This document shows, piece by piece, positions 34,624 through 47,952 of a stretch of 64,000 nucleotides of DNA. The notes under the pieces were generated by a model, which searched no databases, had not been told where the DNA came from, and saw nothing but the letters and a program-made list of their open reading frames with translations. How positions within the stretch are numbered: position 1 is the first letter of the stretch; the number at the start of each line of letters is the position of its first letter. Source of the stretch: Ptychomitrium polyphyllum (Eukaryota). The DNA lies in assembly GCA_973851085.1 (NCBI GenBank), contig OZ316775.1:22072001-22136000 (forward strand). The letters run 5' to 3'. A program made the position numbers and the translations under genes.

Positions 34624-37600
34624 GACCACCCCAATTGACAAAAGTATTGCGATCCACTGAATTCTAGATCCAAAGAGAGGACTCAGCAGGCTCGTCCCAT
34701 TCAATGGAGCGAATCAGGGGCCTGTTCCACCAGGTATACTAGATATTGCCTCACTTGACCTGGAAATGTTGGCTTTTGACGTTGAGTAACGGCTCAGAAC
34801 TGGCTGTGGTCTCGACATAATGGTAGCTTCAACTACAATCTCATTTTGAATAGAAAAAATTAAAGGACTTCACGTGCCAAGTCCCTCTCGCTGGAGTTCC
34901 AGCAGAATTCTCCTTGCGATCTCTCTACCAGCAGTCGATCATGAATCATCCATATACAAACTCACTCAGACATCACGAACACTACTTCGATCAACAGCTG
35001 ATGTGCCCATCTTGCGGATCTTTTTCAAGTTGCATCAGAAGATTTCAACAATCTGGGGTCTCGTTTAGAGCTGAGTGTAATTTGAGTGCTACTTGTAGCC
35101 CTTTCTTAGCTTGAGCTGTACTGAAGTCTTGGCCATTGAGCATATCATGGGAACTTTAATATTGCCTACCCCACATTTTTCCAGGTAGATGGACAATTAT
35201 ACAGACGCATACGCAAGTGCAAGTGCAAAAGTTTTGTTTCAACGTAAAGCAACGAGATATTCTGTTAACGTCAAGCAATGTCTTTCATTTGTGCAATTTT
35301 GTAAAAAGGAAATATTTTGGCTAGTTGGGAATTTAACAATGAGTTTTTAATTTGGAGCCAACCAGGTTACACCATTGACCTGGGAAAGATGGGGAAAGAA
35401 TACGGAGCCAACATCACAATGTAATAACAGGGTACGATGTGTGAACGTGTGGTATACGGTAAATTTGTTCTCATCCTCCTTTTCCAGGTCGGTATAGGAA
35501 TCTACGCCTTGAGAAAGACTTGCTTCACTAAACTCCTACAACAATCCACAATTTTCTACCTAATACATTTGTTGGTCGACGCTCTGTGTTGAATTGTCAA
35601 GAATCCATGATGAATAAAGTGATGTTGTCACAAAATCCAAGTTTTCTTAGTGCATTGTGTTACTATGTTTTGCAACTCGACAGAAACAGTGGGACGAAGA
35701 GCCGACTGTCTATGACATCAAGGCTTGGCAAACAAATAGAACATTGACAAACATCAAGCGTCATTGTAAGAACTCTGCGAATTCAGATGTGTCCCCAGTA
35801 CACTGAAAAGACTCGTTATCATAATCAGAAGTTTAAGCAAGAAAAACCTGCACAGGCAATTCTCAACCGCAGACAAAAAGCTAAAGCTGAAACCTTGGTC
35901 ATTTCAGCTGTTTTCGTTCCACTGTCTTGGTGCATGCAATTCTTCTTTAAATTAAACTCAGCATCCTCGCTCGAGTGTCTGGTACGTAAGTTCTTTTAGC
36001 TGCACCACGATGAATAATATTATACCACCATTCCATTTCTTCTGCAGGCGTTAGACTTATGTACAGTAGAGTGTCTGATCCACAAGTAGTGGTGCAGGGT
36101 CATGCTAAAGAATGTTGAGTACTCAACTGGTCAAATCAACTCGCAGTTATGCCCTGGTGATGGGCAGCAGAATGACAGATCTCAAGTTGACTCACACAGC
36201 CTCTCTTTGTACTGTGCAATTAACTATTGTAAGACACACCCCACAATATTGTTGCAAAGCAATGTGGATACATTCACACATCTGGTCAGTTCAATTTTGT
36301 GTTTTGTTTCCTTGCTACATACGGAGCCACATACGCTTTTAGAACTCACTTGAATCTCAGTCGAACATGTTAGGTCTTTTCATAATTAACGATCACAGTA
36401 CAGTGTCCAGCCTTCTAAATGCTGATCGGACAAATACTAGCACTCTAAGTATCATGTACTATATACCTCAGAATCTCAGTAAATTCGTAGCAAAGACACG
36501 AATTGCGACCAGCTTTCATGTCCTAGTGGCACGCTACATGGCCAGCCCTTTAGATGGTGAAAGCACCTATGCCATATTCCAATTACAACTTATAGAAATT
36601 GCAGGCTTCATTTCATGACACCCAATAATCAATCCATGTACTTGACTAATCTTCCAACTTCAATAATATGTGAAAGGGCCCATTCTAGTATTTCGACTAC
36701 AAATCAATAAATCGAGTTTTTTCTCTGATCAGATTACAGTTTCAATACTACTTTAATCCTCCAGCCCGGACCAACTTGAGATCTGTCCCTATTCTTGGAT
36801 GTGCTTCTTCATGCAGCCTTGGAAGGAATCAGCCCCAACTTGCCTTCGCAACTTGCCAAGAGAAGCATCTCCTGAAAGCACGTTACGTATCCTGAATGTG
36901 CTCCTTTCTCGCGTGCTGTGTGCCCCTAATGTGTCGTTGCCCTCTCAAGTTGATCTTCGCAATATTCTTGTTAAGAGGATCAAGGGTGTGAACTCACTCC
37001 AGAGAATTGGGTCGACACTTTACAGCTCCGGGATGTGTGACCTGGTGGCTGGAGACCGAGGTTTGCATCAAACTTGTGTAGCACGACATGAAATCCTCCT
37101 ACGTACCACCAGAGTAGGTACACCAGTGTATAGGAGGATAGCCAGCAGTTGCCGTCATGGCTCAGTGCGACACTTGTGTACTCTTCTCTACTCCCCTAGG
37201 TCACTGGTGAATATTGGTATCCGGCTGCAGAGTATAGAACGGCTGCTGCTGCTCTAGCTCAGCTCGAAAATGCCAAGAGTACTAACTGACATGCTCGGAT
37301 GAGGTAATTGATACTCATGATCATTAATATCCGTATAGATAATGATATCCATAACGTATGGATACCAACAATGATGGCTGCATGAGGACCGTCTGGGAAC
37401 CTTGGTTGGACTTTGAAGCTCACCTGACTTCCATTACTATAGACATGATCCAGGAGCAGTTAGGGAAAATAACAATCTATTTTAACGTTGGTTATCTAAC
37501 AGGGGTGTCACAGAGCGAAGGTACATTTCTCAGAGATTTGGAGCATGGGTAAACAGCTGTTACGAGAAACGGTTTGCATGAATAAGTGAGGTGGTAAGTT

Positions 37601-38500
37601 GTTGAAGAATCTCCTCAATCTCTATTCTCCAAAGATTTCCCTATCTTTGGAGGCGGAGGCGGAGGCGGAGAAATTCTTAAAAGGTTTCCATCCAAACCAT
37701 TTCTCATCAGAACTTTTTACCATACTTCAAATATCTGAGAAGTGTACCTCTGCTGTGTGACGGCCCCCATTAATACGTTATCATCTAGCAAAAATCATTG
37801 GCTGCTAGAGATTTGTACGTATACTTAAACTTCTGTTGGAGTGATTTGTAACAGTGCTAAAAAATTTGTTCTTGAGCTGGATTGATCAAGAACATTTCAA
37901 GAAGCTCGACCAAAACTGTGATCGAGGACAATTGTAAGAAAGGAAGAGATCAAACTATGTCAAGCTAGTAGCGGGAATTCCTATCAATTGATCCAGAGCC
38001 AACGGCTGCAGTGGACAAATTCACTGTTCGAATCAGTTAATTTGTTGGCCTTATCTATTAAGTCTAGGAGGGACGTGACGATGGTGCGCCTAGAAAGTCA
38101 GAGAGCGTGGGATCGGCTATAGCACATGCTAGTGGACTCCATGTCATATTTGTGCGACGCAAGTACATGCAATAATTTACATGATAAAGCCCCTTTGGCC
38201 TCTCGGTAGCGGACCAACACTTCCAGTTCCTCTAAAACAACCTTCGACGTGAGGTTCCTAAGCAACCTCTTATTTCTGGTGCTGTGATCGATTGATATAT
38301 CTCAGAGTACTCTCATCTGACGCTCTCCAGGACAATCCAATCCACCAAGGCACTAACTAACCCTGCATACGGGAACTAATTCGAAACCATGCATTTCAAA
38401 CTGCGGTTTGTTACTTAAACCAGCTCATCTAAACAGTTCAAGCAACAAACCGAATCTGAAACACAGATAACGAGCTGAAACAAATGGTATCATATCCAAC

Positions 38501-40348
38501 CTATGTGCTCGTGATGAGACTCCGATTATAAACGGGCATGATCTGGAAGCCAAGGCCAGCGCCATGAACCTCCACAAACGGGGTCTCAATGCGGTGACAG
38601 TCACGAATATACGGCACCACATCCGCAATCAGCTTCTTATCTACGTCCATGTTGTGCGGGCACGTGAAATGCTTCGAGCTCGGAAGCTGATAACAAGCAT
38701 CCACCGATTGGCCCCGCACACACCCAGGGCTCGTGGTATTAGGCCGAATGTCAACGAAGTACGGCACGATACCGCCGTAACCTGCAGCTATGGCGCCGAA
38801 TGTCGACTGCGGTGTGATCACAATCTCATCACACAAACTTAACCCCAACACTTCTGTTAACGCTTGCCTATCCACCTCCACTCCAAACTGCTGCCGATCC
38901 TCATGCGTCAGCTGCAAAATCCCAACCGCCTCTCGTGTCCTGGGGGGTCCTCGAACATAAATCTTCGTCAGGTGATCCTTCAGTCCGTCATACAGAGAGG
39001 TGATGAACACCAAATAAGTCTTCGGGTTTAGAGTTAGTGGGTCAGCGACCTTCAGGGTTTCCATTTCGGAGTTTAACGTATTGGAGATGCTTGTATTGGG
39101 AAGGAGGCGATTCTCGAGCAAGCATTTTGCGACGGCGACTTCGGTAGCCGCGTGGAGGAGCTTGAAATCGCTCTTGCCGTTGAAGTACCGAGATTGGATC
39201 CCCACTCGATGATCGACGTGCTTGAGATGGACATGGTTAAGTTGCTGTACTCGTAGCCATACTGGATCTGCAGGGAGGAGGACGGTCCTGAGCACGTGGG
39301 TGAGCACCAATCGATCCGGAAAGAGAGCCTCGAGGGTGACTCTGAAGCGCGGCACGGCGAAGAGCTTGGGAAGGTAGTACAGACACTCGGAGAAGTACAT
39401 CCATGTCACGTGGGAACTGTAGAACGCCTGCTCAGCGTCGCAGAAGAAGCGTTTCTGGGGCTGGCAGTCCCAGTCCTCGTTCACGCGCGCGCCGTACATG
39501 GCAGAGACGTTGAGCCATCCGCGGTGCAGGTTGTCGACTCCTTTGTTGACCTCAGAAACAGGGCGCCATTGCTTGGGGTGGTTCTTCCCGGGGGTGATGA
39601 CGCCGTCGGTGGCGATGCGCCAGCTTGAGCCTTCGAAAGGCTCGCACATGACTCTCGGGATGGAGGTAGAGACGGGGACGAGCAGCACTCGCTGCGTGAG
39701 GATGGCGTAGACTACCTGCGCGGCTGCCGAGAGGATTTTGTTTCCAATTCCGGTTCCGACCTCGTTGTCGCCGAGGATGAACTTGCACCCACTTGAGGCA
39801 TCCTTCCTCAAGAAAAACTTGACGATGTCCTTGCCCACGTTCTGCATACAGGCGCGGTGCAGTTTGGAGTACTCGCTCAGCACTAGGCTGAAATAAGGAT
39901 GTTTGTCGAGAATCTTGCTGTGACGACGCTCATTGTATAGAGGCCACAGCTCGTGCCGACTGATGCAGGGGTTCGCTTTGTGCCAAGCGTGGCGGTCTCG
40001 TTCCGTGAATGCAGACTTGGTGGCATTTGTATATGCCTTCTCCGCTAGCAACCTTGCATTCTTGAGTTTCTGAATCAATGCCTTGACTTCAAGGGGCAAT
40101 TCGATTTGAATGTCAGGTTTGGTGGAGAGCGACATCATCACGTCGATCTCCTGGTTAGCGCCAGCTGAAATTGGCCGTGGCCATGACGATTTCAGGGTCC
40201 AGAAAGTGACGACTGTTCCCATGAAAATCAGAATGAGTCCATATGCTTTGAGTTTCCGAATCGTGTCGACATGGTGTTTTATTGGGTAAGGATGGCCTTT
40301 GCAGAGCTCATGGGTTGATTCACCTTTGGTGTCCAGGAGGCCCTTCAT
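38501..40348 (-). CDS. GT37 (xyloglucan fucosyltransferase family) glycosyltransferase, intronless, 615 aa, type II membrane
   Basis: N-terminal TM (AYGLILIFMGTVVTFWTL). GT37 motifs GIGNKILS, YAILTQRVLLVP, MCEPFEGSSW, FFCD, RVGIQSR, VFITSL, QALTEVLGLSLCD, STFGAIAAGYGG. Confidence 0.93.
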   Translation of the reverse strand: MKGLLDTKGESTHELCKGHPYPIKHHVDTIRKLKAYGLILIFMGTVVTFWTLKSSWPRPISAGANQEIDVMMSLSTKPDIQIELPLEVKALIQKLKNARLLAEKAYTNATKSAFTERDRHAWHKANPCISRHELWPLYNERRHSKILDKHPYFSLVLSEYSKLHRACMQNVGKDIVKFFLRKDASSGCKFILGDNEVGTGIGNKILSAAAQVVYAILTQRVLLVPVSTSIPRVMCEPFEGSSWRIATDGVITPGKNHPKQWRPVSEVNKGVDNLHRGWLNVSAMYGARVNEDWDCQPQKRFFCDAEQAFYSSHVTWMYFSECLYYLPKLFAVPRFRVTLEALFPDRLVLTHVLRTVLLPADPVWLRVQQLNHVHLKHVDHRVGIQSRYFNGKSDFKLLHAATEVAVAKCLLENRLLPNTSISNTLNSEMETLKVADPLTLNPKTYLVFITSLYDGLKDHLTKIYVRGPPRTREAVGILQLTHEDRQQFGVEVDRQALTEVLGLSLCDEIVITPQSTFGAIAAGYGGIVPYFVDIRPNTTSPGCVRGQSVDACYQLPSSKHFTCPHNMDVDKKLIADVVPYIRDCHRIETPFVEVHGAGLGFQIMPVYNRSLITST

Positions 40349-42692
40349 CCCAACAAATCCTGAGGACCATCCGATACAGACTCCCTTGTCAGTTTGAAAA
40401 TGATAAATTGTAGATAGGTCATTGTTTACTGCGGAGAGTCATGCATGGAGTATTCACAAGCAGTAGTTTAGAGTAGTTTAAACCTGGGTTATTTTGAGGT
40501 GCAATACTGCTTGAACATGAAATACAGTTTGTCAAGCTAGATTTAAAAGCAATATTGTCACCTCGCCGAAAGCCTTTCTAGATCAGTTGATTCTTTCAGG
40601 GTCACCTGCAGCAGGCAATCTTAGAAGTAGAACCTGGCAACATAAAAATGATTTCACAATATTAGCACTAGTAACTGAATCTCGATATACCTCTAGCTTG
40701 TGACATGACCCCTTTTAAACGATGCCAAGCGATTGATACTCAAGACAACATGATTGCAAATTCCGCTTCTGACAACCATTGGGTGGTAACCCGCCTGACA
40801 ACTGAAGGGAGATTACGGGCCCTGAAGAAGATTCAAGTGAAACAAGATCTAGGGAACCAGCCCAATGCTTCGCGCTTTTTCAAGATGATGCTCCATTGCT
40901 ATATTTGGACAAACATTCTAACACAACATTCAACACATATTGGAATATAAAATCCAGAAATCGACAGCTAGAATTGTGTGTTTATCCACTTACCAGTAGA
41001 ATCATCCTTGCTCCTCCAAATCACAGCGCTTCCACGACTTGCAGCAAACGCCAGCTCTCAACAGACCTAGATTTTGTATGCTATTACTGGCGTTGCGACG
41101 TTCAAGTGACTCCCAAACTCGAGCGAACTCCACCACGATTGATCTACCTGAAGCCAGACTTGCTGGAACAAGCACAAGACTTCGACACAATCCTCCACAC
41201 ACGCTTTCAGCTCTTGCTTTGAAATAGTATCTAGGAAGTTGGTTGTTGACTGGCCAATTGAATGGCAACATAGAATAATTAATCGTTTCGCAGCTGGCTG
41301 AGACGGACCTGGTCCGGGCACAAATAGTCCAACTCCACGACAGCTGCCTCAATCCAAGTTCGACGACGTCACAATACGTAAGTAAATTTGTCAGTATGGA
41401 CACAAGTCATAAAGTTATAAAATCGATTCTTTTATCTGACAACGCCAAACTGACAACACAATCTCGCGGGCACCAGAACCAGGGATGCAGTACTGGCCAG
41501 TGAATTTGCTGCCTGCGTTACCGCAAGATTTGCATTTGGGAAGAAAGTGACTTAATGTAATAGTTAACGAAGTCAAAAATACATTCATGGTAAGAAAAAG
41601 AAAATCGATACAACTGTACTCTCTGTACAATCGGCAGAAGACCTACCGAAATATTAATGTATTTCAAAATGAATGGTAGAAGACCTACCCACATAATGAA
41701 ATCTTTATTTCTGGCACTCGCACAACAACAAAGTCTGATCTTCGCACATAGACAATGAGGTAAATTTTCTGTACCAGTCACGAAATGCGATGTGATGATA
41801 GAGTTGTGATGTGTTTATGACGAGCTTCTAACCTCCTTCTCACGAGCTATTCCACTCGGTTGCAAGTGCATGATTCTTCCTGTTCCATTACAAGAAACCT
41901 GAAGCCAGCTCCAAAATTGCCCAAATCTTGGCTGCAAATCGCCAAAGCACAGCTGATCGTGCATACCACATCACATCCTGGTCCAAGCTTCTCCCATTTA
42001 CACAAGCTGCAAATTGCCATCTCAACATCAACTGCTCTCGTTACAATATACTACATTCTAGTCACCCCACGAGCTTCATAGGCATCAGATGGCCTTTCAA
42101 AGATCGGATGCACAATCAGTTCAACTCATCCGATGCCCCTACGATGTTCATGTCACAACATCAAAGAATGCTAAAAGACAAGAAACACGAATTCAAGAGC
42201 CAGCTTCACTCCACTCAAAAAGTTCAAAAAGTTCAAAAATGTCAAAAAGTTGAAAAATGTCAAAAAACCGAGTGCAAGAAAGCGAGAAAGCGGAGGTTTC
42301 AATGAGCCATCATTTAAAGAGCCTTTCAATTGGCTAGAAGGAGGTTTCCATAAGCCATTGTTAAGGTAGAAACTCTAAGTTCAAGGACTAGAGATTTTCA
42401 ACCTTTGGATCTAGAATGTATCTCCCTCCATGATGGCATGCGAAATCGGCCCTTTAGCTTGCCTGCTTTGCTCCATTGCAACAAGGCGGTCTTTCTGAAC
42501 TATAGTAGCTGATGGTTTCCTCGCAAAGTGGCCCTGGTATCAATGTACAATCCGACAATGCAATCATGTACATCGAAACTAGTTCTCACAACGTCTTTCG
42601 ACATCGTTCTTCAAATCTCCGAGTAAATGGTTCACGAGAAAGAATGATCATTTTATCAACAAAGTATCTACAATCTACTGTACTCATCTTCA

Positions 42693-44574
42693 TCAGTTTG
42701 TGTTGAGCTGCATGCCCAGGTCGGCACCATTGATCGTCACATACGGCTTCTCCACCAGATGACAATCTGTCAAATACGGCACCACATCGGTCATGAACAG
42801 CCCGTTGACACCCGCATCGTGACGGCAAGTGTACATCTTCGTCGCAGGGATCTGGTAACAAGTTTCACTTGACTGCGCCCTCACGCACGGCGTCGGCGTG
42901 TGGGCTCGCAGGTCGATGAACCACGGCACCAGCCCGCCATAGCCTTGTGCGAGGGCGCCGAACGTCGACTGCGGGGTCAAGATCAAGTGGTCTGTCAAGC
43001 TCAAGCAGAGAATCTCCGTCAAGGCTTGCATGTCGACCTCCACACCAAAGTACTGCTTGTTCTCATGTGTCAGTTGCACCAATCCTACCGCGTCGCCAGT
43101 TTCGAGCGCCACGCGCACGTAGTCTTGTGTCAACCGCTTGAAGAGCACCTTGTAGAGCGACGTGATGAAGATGGTGGTAACTTTCAAGCGGGAGAGAGGC
43201 GGTGATGAGGAGGGGGAGAGTTTCTGAGGCAGTGAAGATTTTCTTGCGCTCGGGTTTGGGAGAAAGCCATTCGAGATGAGGCAGTTAACGACGTTTTCTT
43301 CTGTTGCGCTATGTAGAAGCTCGAAGTCTGACTTGCCGTTGAAGTAGCGCTCCTGGACGCCAACTCGCTGGTCCGAATGGCGGAAGTGCGCGTCGTTGAC
43401 CTGCTTCACGCGTCCCCAGACAGGGTTGCAGGGCAGCATCACCGTGCGGAGTAGGTGCGTGAAGACCTTGCGGTTGGGGAAGATATCCTCCAGGAGCGCA
43501 CGGAAGCTCCCGACAGCGAAGAGCTTCGGGACGAAGTAGAGGTTGTTGCGGAAGTTGATCCACTCGACTTGGGTATACTGCGCTTGCTCCGTATCGCAGA
43601 AGAATCGTGGCTCGGGTTGCGCATCCCAGTTCTCGGTCGTGGATACGGCATGGATGGGGTTTATTATCTCCTCGGGTTCGGTTCTCCCGTCTACCTTCTC
43701 GTAGAACGATTCTAGCGTTTCCCACAGGTCGTGTCTCTTTTTGCTCTCCGACCATATCTGCATTCCCTTTCATATTGTAATCACTTTAGATTATCTTCAA
43801 GTACAAGAATTCCACCGGCTACGGTGAACCACTTTGTTAGATTTCGGGATGCCATACCTTGTTGGGATCCACCATCCATGAGGAGCCTTCGAATGGCTCG
43901 CAGAAAACACCAGGCACGGCGGTGACGAGCGGCACAAGGAGAACACGCTGCGTGAGAACGGCATACACGAGTGCGGAGATGATCGATAGGGCCTTGTTGC
44001 CGATGCCGCTGCCTGCCGACACGCCCGCCACAACGAATTTGCACCCGTTGATGTGTTTTCTCTTGAGGAAAAACTCGTCCATATCGCCCATTCGTTGCAC
44101 GCATGTCCGGTGCAGATTCGCGTACTCTTTCAGCACCGCGTTCCACTTGGGATTCGTTTGGATGTCGTGCGTGGGGTCGTGCATGATCATCCTCGCTGAG
44201 TACATGGCATAGATTTCGTGCCGGCTGGCGCACGGGTGCTCCTGGTGCCACAACGCTTGCATGGAAGGGGAGAACATTTCGCTCATGTTCCTCCCACTCG
44301 CAGCTCGTCTCATCGCCGCAGCTAGCTTCTCAATGAGCTCGGTTGTATCGGTCGGCACTTCGTTCTTGCGTGGTAATGGATTGTCCAGAATCACGACCTG
44401 CACTTCATGGTTGTGCCGCTGCCAAAAGATCAATACCAGCAATGGACTCAGCACGAAAAATGACAGCGCCATCATGCAAAAGGTGGTCTGCATTCGCGGG
44501 CTTCGAGAGAGGGTTCTCAGCTTACAGTTCGCCATTGTGACCTTGTGCATTCCCCCTGGATTTGTCTTGTGCAT
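42693..44574 (-). CDS. GT37 fucosyltransferase-family paralog, 2 exons (44574-43858, 43757-42693), ~593 aa
   Basis: ORFs 43837-44586 and 42693-43763 are joined in phase 0 by a GT-AG intron at 43857-43758 (DPNK|IWSES). The same motifs are present (GIGNKALS, FCEPFEGSSW, RVGVQER, IFITSL, TPQSTFG), with TM FCMMALSFFVLSPLLVLIFW. Confidence 0.9.
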
Positions 44575-47380
44575 TTCCTCCACCAAGTTATATTGTTATG
44601 GCCGGTCAGATTGCTGCAAAATCGTTGCTACAGGAAACTCTTGCCGGTGGTGACGATCCCAGCGACCAACTCACTGAGAAATCGCTGGCCATGCGCGAGA
44701 GCTTCCACAGGCAAGAGGAAGGCTCGCACTATATTTTCTTCTGCATTGACTGTATGGCTAACATAATAAGACAGGCCTGCTCAACCGCTCTTCAAAGCTG
44801 CAAGAGAGATGTCACTGAGCTGTTAAATCCGCCGCTTCAAAGCTAGAATGAATACTGTACTAGCCATCAGCTCTTGGGATTCAAGTCGGCGCCACGACGT
44901 CCATGAATACTATCTGTGCTGATTTCTACAAAGCATATGTTAAGCAAAAAGAATTGAAAGAACTCATAATTTGGGTTGCAGACAGTTCTTCGAATTGACA
45001 TGTACATGATTCAACTCGAGACCAACCCGTGAGGTATAAGGAGTGACACAAAGTGGCCAAGAAGACTGACAGAGTGAAAGGAGCCTAGTACTACAGTGTC
45101 CAAAATGAACCATAGTCTCAGCACATTCGAAAATTTGGAAACAGAGTCCTCATGGCAGCTAGTAATGCACATATTAAAAAGATCTCCACCACGAACAATG
45201 TTAGTGTCAGGTTGCACTATGGAACTTAAAAGGTCAACCTCAAGAAAAGAAGTGTGCAAAAGTAACTAACTTGATGTTCAAATTTTACAGTTTCCACCGA
45301 CATTATGTGAAGGTGAGGATACGGACGAGAAAACTAAAGTAGAATAGCCTGCTGCGATGTCATGGCTCGGAGAAAGTCAGACTAAGACCAGTCTACGATA
45401 CTAGTAATCACTTAGCGAGCCTTTGGTGTTGCAGAAGAAATTATGTGACAATCGATCTCAACGCTTAACTGAGGTGCACATAGAAAGATACTAACCAGGA
45501 GCCTCAGAGAAACTGGAGTGCGCTTTGGCAACTTCTAGTGGATACTTGAACCCTAGTGCAGCTACCCCTGCTCTAGCTCCGTTGCAACACAGCCACCGAT
45601 AGAAGCTTTAAATATTAACTAATAACAATATTTTGCGGAATACTATTCAGGTGCGAAGCATGCAAACTCACTCTTGTTCGCTAGCTCGTGAGAGAAGCCT
45701 CACTAGATCGACTATTTGGAACGTAGAAAATCGGACAAGCGAAAAAAAAATTTACTGGGAGATGACACTATAGAAATCTGGAAGATTCGTCAAACTCAGA
45801 TTAAACAAGATGTGCAAAATTTTACCAGAATTGTACACACGATTTCCGCGGACGCATTTTTAAATTGTCGGTAAACCCAGCAGTGAATCGGATGCAAAAT
45901 TCTTTCAAACTCTCTCCAACTGAAGGCCGTGGGTCAGCTTGCAGTGAGTTACAATTGACAATCGCGACAACGGGTTCCGCCTCCACGAGTCATTACTTTC
46001 TACACCCCAAGTTGCGCAGGCCACCATCTTACCAATGCTCATCCAGGAGCCCAACTTGAAAATCCACATTATCCCTTCAAAAACAACCATCACAGCATCT
46101 ACAAAACGTTTCTTGGTACACGCAAACTCCAAAGTTGGGTCAAAGTTTTTAAAACATAAACAAATTCAGTCAACCTTTGATGGATCTGAAAGGTGAATCA
46201 ATGTTGAACGCAAATGTTGGAGTTTGCGCCGCTTGGGGCATATGCCGCAAGTGCCGTTCGCCCTCAATTGTAATGACGTCTTTGGGCTTCGTCATGGCAC
46301 GCTCGTACATCTCGAATCTTCTCAACCACTGAATATCACAATTTTTCGTTGAGTTACACCTCTTTTCCCATTTTTTTTAACGGGGCTTTTTCGATACACA
46401 TGAAAATTCTAGAACTTTAGCCAAAGTTTACAAAGTGATACAGTTATAAAACCACTGTCCTAGGTAGAACAAACGACGTGTAACGACCGATAGTGGCCAA
46501 CCAACTTGTGTGAAAGTTAGTACTATGTTGGATGCTAGAGTTCCGTCATTTATCTCCTTCCATTAAAAATGAGCAACCCTGCAATCTGGAGTTTACATCG
46601 TTACTGTTACAATATGCATATATTTTTATCATAGTGTACGTTAATTGCTCCTTGCAGTAGACACAGTGTACTGTTTAGTTATAAGACTATGCTGTCCTTG
46701 CTTATTATTGTACAACGTGGAGTGTTGGTGCTACAGATCGACATAATCAATCTCTGCGTGGTCTGCTCGTCTGTAGCAATGATCAGTTGCTGGATAATGT
46801 GATGAGCTCTTGGGAGCCTAGTTGGCAGTCAGTCGCCGTCCTCTGCAGGCACCAAGCCACTGCAACAACAACAACTAGACCTGCAGTGCAGTGCAGCGCA
46901 GTGAGCGCATGCAGTGGGCCTGCTGCAATTTTCCCAGCCGCGACGTCATGCCACTTTTCGGCTCGCCATTGCGCCTTCTTTAACGCCATTTAAGGCATTT
47001 AAGGCATCTAGAGCGGAAAATAGATAACATCTAAAGTGGTATAACATTTAACAAATAAAGAGGGTTATTTCTTTGAAACCATATTTATGTAGATAACATC
47101 AATTGAGGGTGAAAGTTATAAAAAGGAGGATGTCAATTATATCACTTCATCTTCCTCATCTTCCTCATCTTCCTCATCTTGAAATGCATTATTCACTTGT
47201 ACCATCTAAAAAATCTCTTCATCAATTAACAAATAAGATGTGTTCAAAGTCAAATTCTTCTTCATTCAAAATATATTTGAAAGCTTCTAAAGTTGAAGGC
47301 GCTTCTTTAGAAATAAATTTATATAATTAATTAAAAATCTCTTACAATTGGTCTACTTCCTCATCAACATTTATACTATG

Positions 47381-47952
47381 TGTTAGAAATATAAGAAACA
47401 AGAAATAAAGACGAAATATTTCCCAAGAATTAGCTTCCAAAAAGCTAATGATTAATAAGAACTTGATACAAATACTAGAGCAAGGCAAGATACAATATGA
47501 TCTACAACTTGTATTGGCAAGACTAAGGAATACCTTCTCTTGCCTCCTGTTTATACTATGATACTTTTATTTCCTATAATACTTCTAAAGAAGCTTCCTA
47601 CAAAGCTTAAGAATGTTCTAGAATTCTATGGAACCTTCTCAAGAAGTTTCTTAAGATGTTAGAACCTTACTATGAAGCTTCCAAGGAACTAGAACCTTCT
47701 TTGGAAAAATTTTAAAGTGGTGGAACCTCTTAGGAAATTTTGTAAAGAGCTACAACCTTCCTAGAGATTTTTTTGATGTGATAGAATCTTCCTAGGAAGT
47801 TTCCTGAGATAATGGAACTTTCCTTAAAAAAAAATTTAAAAACGTAAAAACGGCTATGGAAACATTTGAAAGTATTCTAAAAAACTATTATAATGTACTA
47901 GAATGTTTTAGAAGGTTCTAAAGACTATGTTGCATGATCTATGTCCATGACA
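47381..47952 (-). mobile_element. 3' LTR (572 bp) of the gypsy element
   Basis: On the minus strand it begins TGTCATGG directly after the purine tract GAAGAGGTGA (47962-47953) and ends ...CTAACA at 47381 (TG...CA termini). It contains a degenerate ~31-bp GAACCTTC-based array at ~47630-47830. Confidence 0.8.

Noticed and set aside
36799..37720. Possible third, pseudogenised GT37 copy or a 152-aa ORF
   Set aside because: Only a vague resemblance (EIEEILQQLTTSL); no GT37 motif recovered in any frame.
43758..43857. Frameshift making the second GT37 a pseudogene
   Set aside because: A canonical GT-AG 100-nt intron joins the two ORFs in phase and restores colinearity with the paralog.
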